Of a stretch of DNA of 64,000 nucleotides, positions 49,781 to 60,390 are shown one piece after another; the stretch's first letter is position 1; each line of letters begins with the position of its first letter. Location of the stretch: positions 2,294,001 through 2,358,000 of the forward strand of contig CM119373.1 of assembly GCA_051294905.1 (NCBI GenBank), in the 5' to 3' direction. Under the pieces are notes generated by a model. That model saw nothing but the letters and a program-made list of their open reading frames with translations. It was not told where the DNA came from and did not search any database. Origin of the DNA: Botryllus schlosseri (lineage: Eukaryota). A program made the position numbers and the translations under genes.

Positions 49781-50374
49781 CAGGGTTGTTCACATTTTTG
49801 CGGCTGTTTGATAAAAATGATAGGTTGGCTTAAAAACGTTGCACATCAAATTTGGCTCGATTCCAACTAGTAGCTGTGAAGCTACAAGGGGTGTGAAATT
49901 TTTGAATTTATTTTAAAAAATATTTTCAAATTATATTTCAAATTTTACAGTCAACCCTATGATATTGTTAAGTTATCTAAAATAACGATGCGGAACAGAT
50001 TTTGCTAAATTCCAACCTGGAGAAGCCAAGTTATTTCAGTTGAGGATCTTGGATTTGAAAAAGGGCATTGACGGTGGGCCTGGGCAATCATAGAATTATT
50101 AATGAAAAACTCAAATAACTTCGCTTCCACATGTTGGAATTGCGTCAAATTTGCTTTGCAACGTTTTTGTAGACAACTCAACAATTTTATGGGGTAAACA
50201 GCAAATTTTGAACAATTTTTTTTAATAATATATTCAAAATTTCCGGACTCATATAGCTTCACATCTACTGTTTGGAATCGAGTTGAATATGGTCTGCAAC
50301 GTTTTTAGCAAACGTACCAATTTTATCATATAGCCGTTACAATTTGAAAAGTTTTTTTCTGTATAATAATCTCA
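49781..50374. mobile_element. Diverged relative of the foldback element
   Basis: Begins CAGGGTTGTTCACATTTTT. Shares TTGATAAAA, AAATTTGG.TC.ATTCCAAC, AATAACTTCGCTTCCAC.TGTTGGAATTG and TTTTATGGGGT in inverted arrangement. Confidence 0.65.
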
Positions 50375-51598
50375 CTGTACCGTGTACACTATACCGGCAC
50401 GAAGGTGAAAACAACCTTTCGTGCGTACGCCACCGCACGCGACAGAACACCATAGCTGTGACAATCGGACTACTGATCGGGCCCAATTGCCTGCAACCAT
50501 TGATATGGTAAAGGCAGACGTAACATTACAAATCATATGTACGAGTTGAGTGTGTGTCTTGACCTCAAGGGAACCTCTCATCAGGGCATACGATATCGTA
50601 GGCCCCGCTCTAGTGTTCCATGGAGCATCGGTTAAGAATCCCTAGTCTAGAATGAATGGGTTGAATGCGGGCCTGACCATGATATCAGTCGGCTGCTCAG
50701 GAATCAAAAAGAATAATATCAGCACGGCGTAAATGACCACTACGCCAGCCTCTCAGGAAATTATGGATATCCGCCCAACAGTTTACGCTCTTCCACACAT
50801 GCATTTTGCCGAAAATCTAATCCTCCGCTCTTTACAAAGGCATTTGTAACAATCATGACACAGGTAAAGATCGCTCATTCATCACCAGAGCATCTAATTA
50901 TCCACTTATGTTCTCAACGTGCAGTGGGTAGCCCGCTGACCCTGTCGTACTGTAAACAGCAAGTGCTATTGTTCCTAATCGTATAATCAGGTGTTTGGTA
51001 AACGGTTCGCTGCATTCGACACGCGCTATTGCAAATACTGACAACCGCCACCGAACTACACATAGTCCTGGAGGAGAGACGTGCATTATCCAGAAAAATG
51101 CAATCACGATGTTATCGTCACATCCCATAAGATACAATTAAATGTTCGAGTTCAAGCCTATTATGTTATGGTTAAGCCGTTTGCATTGAGTCCGCATTGT
51201 AGACATTTCAATTCTCTACAATCGTAGCTCATGTGTGCTAAGCCGTGTTAGTTATGGCTTGAATATTATTTTTCATCCGCGATGAGCCCAAACCGTTAAA
51301 TTCAACATTATACGCATATATACATAACTGTTTTCCACAATTTTCAATACACAACATATTCAAGATAAAAACCGTCATTGTTTTGAACCTATATCGCTAT
51401 AGCAACAGGCGCTATTTTTACGAAGCCACGACTCGCAATAAATTAACATCACAAACTAAACAACTGCATGTGCGAAATGAGAACTCTTAATCGACCGTTT
51501 AAAAAACATCAGCAAGACTTCTCCAGGACAACCCTACCCTTTTCTGGATATGTTCTTGTCTCGTAAATTCTGTTCTATCTTCAGTAATAGCACTTGAT

Positions 51599-51898
51599 CA
51601 GTGGTTCTCAAACTGGGGGACGTGAAAGCATCTGAAGAAGGGCGCGAAGCTGCTGTCCACTGGATGTTTTTTCGCGTTCTGTGTGATATACGTCCAATTC
51701 AAAATTGTCGCTCTGTGTATAGTCCGAATCTCATATTTGACAATTCTCTCATCAGCAGTCATAAGCTTCCATGTCATCAAACTATCCGATGTGATTGCTA
51801 GTATTCTGGTTGCATGTTTTAATATCACGATAAGGGAGGCGCAATATTTTTCACTAACATAAAGGGGTGTGTCTAAGAAATTTTGAAAACCATCACTG
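51599..51898. mobile_element. Second copy of the about 300-bp CAGTGGTTCTC hAT MITE (a left-end fragment is also at 15162-15215)
   Basis: CAGTGGTTCTCAAACTGGGGGACGTGAAAGCATCTGAAG and internal sequence match 31176-31476. The right end is decayed; flanks CACTTGAT/CCATTGAT. Confidence 0.8.
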
Positions 51899-52734
51899 CC
51901 ATTGATAAAGTGCTACGCCTCTGATGCGTGGTTCCATCTTCATAATGAGATCTGAAACGCGGCAGGTTGTAATATGTCACAGCAGCAGGACTTAAAAGTA
52001 GCTAAGCTTCGCGGTTTGTTGATAATCTGGAATATTTCGTCGCTGAGCAGCAACTGTTCTTTTGTCAATGCGACCTGAAAAGGTCGCAATTAGCTGGTAT
52101 ATTTCGCATACGCATACGGGCGGCAAATGACGTGGTGATTTCGTTGCTGTCTTTTTAAAATTTTTGATATCTATGTCGGAATACCACGTTCTTCGGCCAC
52201 CAGATATATATCTAAGCTTGAAGCTCTAATAAACCAACATTTTATTATAGATACAGGTATTGTACAGGCCTATCTTATAGTTTTCTACTATTATACATAG
52301 GGATATTCTACTACCATGACATTTCTTATAGGTCACCTCAAGTCGTACGGACTTAGGTGGCCTATAAGAAATGTTATGTTATGCTATGGATTTTCACTAG
52401 GTACAGTCGTGAACCTTCCAAAAGCCATCATCAGAATTCGTTTATGAATTTAGCTGTTCCGAAGACCAAGATTTCGACAACGAGAACAGACAGGAAGGAA
52501 ACGCAGCAACTTATCAAGTTTGCGATAAAATGAAACTACCTATTTATACTTACCTCATATTAGCTGGAATCTATGATCTTAAGATCGTGATTACGCTTGC
52601 GGCGGATGTGTAGCCTTTGACCTATGACATTCAAATGAAATTAGAAATGTCATCTATGTAGACAAGTAGAGATTTATCCACTTATATATCACATCATATA
52701 CAATATTTGACAACACGTCACTTGTCAGCCGCGA

Positions 52735-53250
52735 ATAGGGCTTGGCAAAATCAAGCACGTGATTCGATTCTGAATCACGTATTTTGCTTCGAGTCGAGTA
52801 TTCGAGTAACACTCATTATGACGTCATAAGAGAATGTACTATGTCAAAGTTCAAATATGCACCTTTATACCAACACATAGAATATAATGCCTGTTATTCA
52901 ACACATCAAAGATACTTTGGTATAATTTCGACCATACTGATTTCATTTCACTTTGTGACAATGTTGTGGGATGATCATGGCTTCGTAAATGTGCTATTTT
53001 TTAGTAACGCTCTTAGCTTTTAACTATGTTTTATATGCTGCGATACGGCCAATCAAGGTTTCAAGGCTACCACAGCAGTGGAAAATAGTATCGTAAATTT
53101 AATTCTCGTTGATAAATTAACTTCCACTGCCGAAGAGCGTATAACTTCAGTACTCGGAAAAATCATCATTTATTACTCGACTCGATTCACTAGAATCATT
53201 AAAATTAATACTCGAATCAGATTCGAGTACTCGAATCATTGTGCTAGGAA
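52735..53250 (+). repeat. Interspersed repeat with CTCGAGTA motifs; inverted homolog at 21180-21530
   Basis: The internal 300 bp align to the reverse complement of 21190-21470 (e.g. ACTTTGTG.CA.TG.T.TG.G.TGA.CA.GGCTTC). Confidence 0.65.
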
Positions 53251-53687
53251 TGATCGAAGGATAACATACGCGTTAAGCCCGCCACCTCGCGGTGGCGTTT
53301 TAAAACACTATTTCGCGACCCGATTGGTGAGGTATCCCTTGTTATTAAAGCTGCTGACATAGTCGAAAGTAGTGTTTGAAACATGCGATTATATGACCGT
53401 ACCTATGTCTTCAGTAAGTAGGATTCTAGCTATACATTTGTGGCCGTGAAAATCACCCCGGTTAATCCAGAGTGGGTGAATTATAATCGCAAAATGTTGC
53501 TATGGTAATGGGAACTTCAGGTTTCTTCAACCAACTGTGTTGTCCTGTTTTCGTTATATTAACTCGGTGTTACAGGCAACAATTTGTGGGCCTAACAAGG
53601 TATAAGGATTGATCGGGTACTTACTAGTGGTCGCTTTATCAGGTTTGACATTTCCGCTCATCGAAAGATGTGAAGCAGACTCGGGCA

Positions 53688-54000
53688 ATTCGAACATTTT
53701 CAGCTTTTCCAAATTATATTATAATTACAGTTATAGCTATACAGTTACTCCAAAATAGACTAGAATTGCAATTACTGAATTCACCAAAACTTGGAAATTG
53801 ACCCAAGTTTAGTTAACATCAAATCAGAGTTCCTATATTCTCATGAGCATGGGGATGGCAAATGTCTGTACCGCAAGCTTGGCTCGCTTCGCACTATAGG
53901 CTCATGTCTCCGGTAGCGTTTCAGGAAAGTCAGAAATTAAATTAGAATTAGAATTAGAGCAAAGAAACATTTCACAAATTAGATCAGAATTAGATTACAG
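53688..54000 (-). repeat. 42-bp-minisatellite element
   Basis: Core AAATGTCTGTACCGCAAGCTTGGCTCGCTTCGCACTATAG plus flanking units. Confidence 0.82.
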
Positions 54001-54155
54001 GCATTTCGCTTTAGTCAGACAAACAGTATTATCTAGTCGCCTAGGTTTGGTATGAAGGAAATATCGACATCTGCATCAGTGTGAAACATATCGCGACATT
54101 GCGATACCAAATCGATAGTCGCGTGAAACGCGTATTATTTTATAAACGTCTATGT

Positions 54156-56152
54156 CAGTGGTTTTCGAACTTTTTGTCCTCGCGGACCCTTTCCGGACCG
54201 TCACCTAACACCGCGGACCACAAATAAGTATTAGTCCAAATTTAGTTCAATTATCGTGCAACCGTCATCTGTCTTATGCAAATATTGACAGTAGGCTAGT
54301 GCTTAACGGCAAACAATTTTACTTTTCATGAAAATAACATCATACGATATGTGAGAATTGTGGAGACATTCATCATTTCAAAGGGAATTTTGCAGCTGCA
54401 TCTGTTGAAATACGTGTTCGTGTCTTGAAGATTCGCGCGTTTGACTGTGCATGAACGAGAGACGAAAACGTTCGTTTCCACAAATATAGGGGGAGACAAA
54501 TATAATAATAAAGTGTAACGCTCACGACCTCACCTTTGGGTATGACCGCAACATAATTGGCACCGGACCCCCAGAAAGGTTTAGATCAAATTTAGCTCAA
54601 CTATCGTGCAATCGTCATCTGTCTTGTGCAAACGATAACTGCAGGCTTAGTGATAAACAGCAACAAAACGAATTTTCTTGAAAATAAGATCATACTATCC
54701 ATGTAAAAATTGAGTTGACTCCTATCACTTCAAAGTGAATTCTGCGATTGCATTTCTCGAAATACGTGGTCGTGTCTCGAAAATCCGTGTCTTCGATAGG
54801 ATATTAACGAGTGCCGAAAATCTATTTCCACAAATATAGGTGGTGGGCGAATGTAATAATAACGCGCAACGCTTCCGACCACACGTTTGGGTCAGATCGA
54901 CACAAATATGGCACCAAAATTGACAAACATTTTTTAAAAATGAACATATAACGTCAAGCCTGGTCATTTTTATTTAGGAGCTCATCTTGAAGTTATTGGG
55001 GGAAAAGGTTATATATGTCACAGGAGAAAATGAATTTTTGTAAACATTTCGAAGTCACCGAGATTGACCTTATTCATTCAACTTTTATTCCACAATCCAC
55101 AACAAAACATCTTTAAACATGAAAATGTTTGTATCCGTAGGCTATTGGCAATTTAGCAATTAAAATGAGTCTGTACAGTATAGGATATTTGATCTGAGAC
55201 CAGGGTTGCCATACCGTCCTTATTTGTAAGATTTGTCCTTATTTTGAAGTGTCACGCCTTAGAAAACTCAACTGTCCTTATCTCTAAGAAATGTCCTTGT
55301 TTTGGACTTGCGTCCTTATTTTGTCTTATTTTCAACAACTACAGAACTTCGATCATTTTCCTCTGGTATCTGTGTTGCAACATCTGCAATTGTGACATTG
55401 ACCTCTGGAGGCCATATGAAAAAGACAGCTATTTCAACTTATACTGATACCCCAAAACAGAAGAAGTGTGTCAGCTGCTGCTGAGGATACCTGAGGCATT
55501 CCATGCTGACAAAAACCAGCAATCATTCCTCACAAACGATTGCACATCACAATATTCCCCGATTATAACATCGCAAGGAGTTTGCTTCGCCCAGGACCAA
55601 GACTACAAGATTTATTACTGGAGGTCTTGCTCCATACGCTCAAAAATGATTTTGTCTGAACTTGGCGTACAGCCCATTCCAATATTGATTGACGCCTCCA
55701 ATCACAGCGCGGTGAAGAAGTTTGGTTTATCACCATATGGGGGCCCCTTGCGTTTTTTTTTGGGGGGGGGGGACGAAGTGCTGTTTCGGCCCTGAGTAAA
55801 GGTAAACCTAGACCTGAGCGGTCGTGAGATCAATCAAGCACTTTCTGAGAACAAGGAGTTGCTGGAGCAGATTGTTTCTGGCGAAAGTATGAAAAATGAT
55901 ATGTCACGCCTCGTATAAATACACAGTATGTACGAAAACGCTTTTAAACGCCAATCTAATTTTTCGACTGTCCTTATTTTTGGGTCCATGTCGATGGCAA
56001 CCCTGTCTGAGACTGTCATTCTGTTGATGTGAGCTCTGGAGTTTAACTAGTAATAAAGCGAAACTGCCTCGCGATTTTCCGTATAAAAAAAGGATACAAA
56101 TTAGCGTATCAACTATTTCGAGGCTTCGCGGACCCCCGGTTGAGAAACACTT
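54156..56152 (-). mobile_element. hAT Buster-like deletion derivative (about 2 kb) hosting a nested element
   Basis: Ends CAGTGGTTTTCGAAC...CGCGGACCC and CGCGGACCCCCGGTTGAGAAACACT(T); TSD GTCTATGT/GTGTATGT (7/8). Minus-strand remnants GDFEMF, LQDELL and PTTYICGNRFSALVNI resemble ZBED5/Buster transposase. Confidence 0.82.
55201..56005 (+). mobile_element. Nested hAT element (Blackjack-like), 805 bp, with a transposase fragment
   Basis: TIR CAGGGTTGCCAT/ATGGCAACCCTG; GTCCTTATT subterminal repeats; perfect TSD TCTGAGAC. Internal AFHADKNQQSFLTNDCTSQ...ILSELG...IDASNH. The subfamily name is inferred from the termini. Confidence 0.9.
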
Positions 56153-57764
56153 GTGTATGTGGTATAACCCAGCTATTCACAACCGGTGCACCACGAGATA
56201 TCGCTGTTCCGCTATAAATTTGTAAAGTTGTCAGTATGCTCATTGCTCATCGCCCATGTTACCGTCAGTCCCAAGGACTAACGATCCAACGATCAAATAC
56301 CATTGATTCACGTATATCTTATTTGTTCTCACCTGACGCAGCATTGCTAATTCTAAATAACATGTATCTGAAACGTATATACACCGCGAGCTTTTGCTAT
56401 CCTGCTACCTATGATGATAGCAGAATGCTGATGTAGGATTACTTCCATTAATCGGTGCCGTAATACAATGATGGAAGGAGGGTCGCAATTGGTATGGGGA
56501 TGGATCTATAGTCACATTACCGACACGAGTGAACGTGCAATTCGAAAGCGAACAGAGACATTCAACCAATAATGGCATTGCACGGCCGAACATGCAACTC
56601 TACACGTGTAGGCCGACACTTCCGCCAACGCACGTGCAACTAATTCAACCAATACCAATATTTCGCTGGTCACAAAAGGCCGTCCGCGGCAAAGATGCAG
56701 GGAACTCTTTTGTTCAAACTGATCAAGATATGGTTAAATTTATATCAGGCCAAGTTCTACCATACGTAAGTAAACATGCTTGCTTCGACTGAGCGCGGCC
56801 GTCAACCCCAAATACACCCGCATTGCATTTCAGTTGAACAATTTCAAATTGATATAGCAAACCACACTTGCGTAGCATAATTGCTGGGTGTAATGGACGT
56901 GAACTGTGATAATGAACCGAATATACTCGGCTGCAATTATTGAGTTATCACGTTCGGTAGGTAATTATCGGCCATGGTATTATCGCCGACGGTAGGCCAC
57001 GATGTGGTTTGTGTCGCACGCTGACTGAAACTTCAAGTTCTGGTCCACCCAGATGCCGAAATGACAACGTCGAATAGTCCCGCTCCCAGAAACTGTTGCT
57101 TGTTTTGAAATGCACAGCTGTGTATACCGTTGGATGAATCTCGTAGTCAATAAAAATGAAAATAATGTATTACATATCAGCGTTATAAATTTAGGACTTG
57201 AGTTTACATCCTTTTAAATACTTTTTTACATTCATTCCTTTTATTGCGGTTCACGCTTGAACAATAAGTAAATTTCTAGCGAGAGTAAATGAAGGAATTT
57301 GATTGTTGCAATCAAATTGCATTATTGACATCAAAGATTATACGAACAAACCCATTCGACCCCATAACGCATTCTAGCATACGTTCGCTAAACACGTGCA
57401 ATAAGCGCTAAGACACAATTCACGAACGATCACCGATCGTGATAATCCATCAAAAATTAATCAGAACATTATTACATAACACCCTGAAGTAAGCGACACG
57501 CTACCGTAAATCGTGGAGAACCCACACTAACCCAAACGGAGTGCTATACTTGCCTAAGTATGTGATGTGCATAGTTGTTGTGGCATGTGCACCAGAGCTG
57601 CTCAGCTTTCGACTGAGCGAAAGACCTGTCTTAGTCTTTCTTGCAAGCGATTATAAAGTAAAAGGAAATTTTGGTGTTAGATATCCTCGTTATATTTCAT
57701 TATCATCACCGATATTGAGAGGATTATGTATATTATGCTCACTACCTTTTTATGGAATGTATAG

Positions 57765-57850
57765 AGATGGGCTCGACAAGATAGCGGAACGTCTGTGTTC
57801 TTGATCGTTAGGACGTGGGTTCAATCCCCAACTGGGTCTGACAGAAGACC
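57765..57850 (+). mobile_element. tRNA-derived SINE-like head (similar degenerate heads at 58767-58826 +, 50620-50690 +, 43145-43215 -)
   Basis: B-box GGTTCAATCCC (57818-57828) at tRNA-like spacing from a degenerate A-box. Confidence 0.4.
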
Positions 57851-57946
57851 TGATCAGTAAATCATGGAGGCATGGAGGGAAGGCGAAATGATTAGATTAG
57901 ATAGCTATAGGCTATTTCAGAACCGTCCCTGTACAGCAGCATATTC

Positions 57947-58386
57947 TAGGCTTACCATATTTTGGGAATCTAAAAAGAGGACACTTTTTCAGAAATTTCA
58001 TACTTGCAAAACCGAAGAAGAATTCTCAAAAACCGGTGAATTTTTCCCACTTTGTGATCGGTTGACTAAAAAAAAAAGGTCATCTTTTCCGCTCAGAGCT
58101 CAAATACCGTTTTTCTCTCCACGTTGCCTGGTGAATGACTAAAAAAGAAGGTCATCTTTTCGCTCAGAGCTAATTTCACCGTTTTTCACTACGAAATACC
58201 CGCCGGAGCTTCACTTCTGTGCTAATTTGCGCCATATCACTCGCAATTTCCTCTAAATCTGACCTAAATTTTCAAAAAAGAGGACAAATCTCAAAAAAGA
58301 GGACAAAATGGCGTCCTCCGAGGACACTTTCAAAAAAGTCAAAAAAGAGGACAAATCCTCTTAAAAGAGGACGTATGGTAAGCCTA
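57947..58386. mobile_element. hAT MITE, 440 bp, with AAAAGAGGACA subterminal repeats and an internal about 72-bp duplication
   Basis: TIR TAGGCTTACCATA/TATGGTAAGCCTA; perfect TSD GCATATTC (57939-46, 58387-94). Confidence 0.93.
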
Positions 58387-58831
58387 GCATATTCACATCA
58401 CGCTCTCATGGTATGCTTGTGTGTATGTGCAATGTGCATGTGCAAATCGTTTCTATGTGCATCACGAGTCGGTATGTATGCCACAAACGAATGAAGGTCC
58501 TAAATTTATATGTCTCCAGACAACAACGTGCCCGCAAGCATAATATTTCATCAATTCTGAGCAATTTTAACGACTTGTAACTCGCAAAGATTACAAACAG
58601 ACCACAATCTTAGAGTAGGCCTAATTATGGACTTGGCCTATCATACTGGCTGACAGAAGCAGATTGCCTTCCATTATTTGTCTTATTTGATACCGCGTGA
58701 CTTGGTATATGTACGGTTCTACACGAATCGGTATATTCTAAGAGCAAGTGTACTATAGGGATTACAGTGGCACAGTTGGCTAATTACCGCCGTCACATTA
58801 CCGATGGGAGCTGGTTCAAGTCATGCCTCTA

Positions 58832-59017
58832 CTCGTGCAAAGACATATGCCATTCTCATACTTATGAGAATTGAATATATCACTTGATATAAACCGAACT
58901 TGAATTCTATTGTATATTTCATTCCCATTCAGGAATGAATTCAATTTATAAGTTTTGGCGAATTCAGTGATTCTAATTCTATAGTCTAATCTGGAAATGC
59001 TGGAAATTTTCAAGCTG
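58832..59017 (+). repeat. 42-bp-minisatellite element, 3' part, ending about 30 nt before the transporter ATG
   Basis: AGACATATGCCATTCTCATACTTATGA...AGTTTTGGCGAATTCAGTGATTCTAATTCTA...CTAATCTGGAAATGCTGGAAATTTTCAAG. Confidence 0.75.
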
Positions 59018-59046
59018 ACCAACTCAGCTTCAAAGCGACCACTGAA

Positions 59047-60390
59047 ATGAATGGTACCAACGGTATCACAGACGAGAGTCTGCCGCTGACTGGCGACAGT
59101 CGCGAATCTGCGGAAGCGAATCAACGCTCTTGTTGGGCACTGTGGACTAACAGTAGCTGCCATCAGAAGATAATGCTCCTGTATTTTCTCGCGGGAGACC
59201 TACTTGTCTTCCTCTGCGTGTTTATGCCCATTCCATTTATGACTAAGGCGATACTGGCAAAAGGCGGTACAGAGTTTCAGTCGGCTATATTGCTGCAAAT
59301 CGCTCCACTATCGATGGCGATTAGCAGCCTGGTGTTTGGTAAATACCAAATTTACGTGGACAGCAAGAGTTTGCTTCTTTCTGGATTTTTCTGCTACGCG
59401 ATCGGACAAGCCTGTTTCGGATTGTTGGACTACTCCCAAAGCGTGAACGCCCTAGTCTCGGCCGGCATCGCAATACGATGTCTACAAGGAATAGCGGAAG
59501 GGGCTTATTTCGTCGCCGAAATAACAATTATATGTCAAGAGTTTCCAGATCATAGAACTCAAGTATTTGGTATGGCTGAATCGATGGTAGCTATAGGTTA
59601 CATCGCCGGTCCGATGATGGGAAGTATACTATACCGTATTTCAAAAGGTTTGTTGCTGCCTTTCGTGATTTCGGGAGGGATTATGATTCCTCTTATTCCA
59701 TGTGGGTACTTCATTTTCGGGAGATACTGTGCTCAAAGTGATGGGGATAAGAGTTCAATACGGAAGGTCATAGGCAATCCGGTTTCAATTTTAATTCTAG
59801 GGAGCACTTGCATGGCGGAAGGCGGTATCGCGTTGGTCATCGTTTTGGGAAGTGTGTATGCGTTATCACGCGGGCTAACCGTCGTTGAAGTTGGATTGGC
59901 GCTTCTGTCATCCGCACTGACGTACGCGATTACTTCGTTCTTCACTGGAATCATCGCCAGTATTGGCCGCAAAGCAAGGCGTGCACTCTTGGCCGTTGGA
60001 GTGATTGGGTTACTCGCCTACCCGGTAATGTTCACTCCAAATCAAACACGGATAGGAATCTTCGTAGGCCTGAGCGTGGGTGGAATGCTATCTGCCTTCA
60101 CTATGGTCAGCGGATTCAGCGAATTGATGTATCAGACTGTTGGCGACGGTGGCGACGCGCGGAATGACTTCGCTTTGCACAGCGCAGTGTCCGGGGTTTG
60201 GAATTTAGCTATCGGTGTGGGAGCATTTATCTTTCCATTTTTTGGATCGCTATTACACAACTTCATGTCATTGCCGGTGGTCTTTATCTGCACGAATGGC
60301 GTTGAGATGGGCTTAGTTCTATTGGCCGTGGCATGTATGAACGCAGTGCAGCGTTTGAAGGGTAACAGGCCCGATATAAATCCAAATTAG
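59047..60390 (+). CDS. SLC18B1: MFS transporter, SLC18B1-like (vesicular amine/polyamine transporter family), 447 aa, uninterrupted ORF
   Basis: About 12 hydrophobic segments. Motifs PFMTKAILAKG, SLVFGKY, FGLLD, IRCLQG, EFPDHRTQVFGMAESMVAIGYIAGPMMGSILY and VSGVWNLAIGVGAFIFPFFGSLL parallel my recollection of SLC18B1 (PFFPKEAEKKG, SLVFGNY, FGVLD, AFPNNVATVLGSLETFSGLGLILGPPVGGFLY, VSGLFSAMWSIGAFMGPTLGGFL). In-frame TAA at 58987. The symbol means family-level resemblance, not proven orthology. Confidence 0.88.
   Translation: MNGTNGITDESLPLTGDSRESAEANQRSCWALWTNSSCHQKIMLLYFLAGDLLVFLCVFMPIPFMTKAILAKGGTEFQSAILLQIAPLSMAISSLVFGKYQIYVDSKSLLLSGFFCYAIGQACFGLLDYSQSVNALVSAGIAIRCLQGIAEGAYFVAEITIICQEFPDHRTQVFGMAESMVAIGYIAGPMMGSILYRISKGLLLPFVISGGIMIPLIPCGYFIFGRYCAQSDGDKSSIRKVIGNPVSILILGSTCMAEGGIALVIVLGSVYALSRGLTVVEVGLALLSSALTYAITSFFTGIIASIGRKARRALLAVGVIGLLAYPVMFTPNQTRIGIFVGLSVGGMLSAFTMVSGFSELMYQTVGDGGDARNDFALHSAVSGVWNLAIGVGAFIFPFFGSLLHNFMSLPVVFICTNGVEMGLVLLAVACMNAVQRLKGNRPDINPN

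Noticed and set aside
55753-55772. T9G11 homopolymer junction
   Set aside because: Simple low-complexity run inside a transposon; the length may be a sequencing artefact.
57765-57850. Functional tRNA genes at the A/B-box motifs
   Set aside because: No complete cloverleaf could be folded for any candidate; treated as SINE relics.
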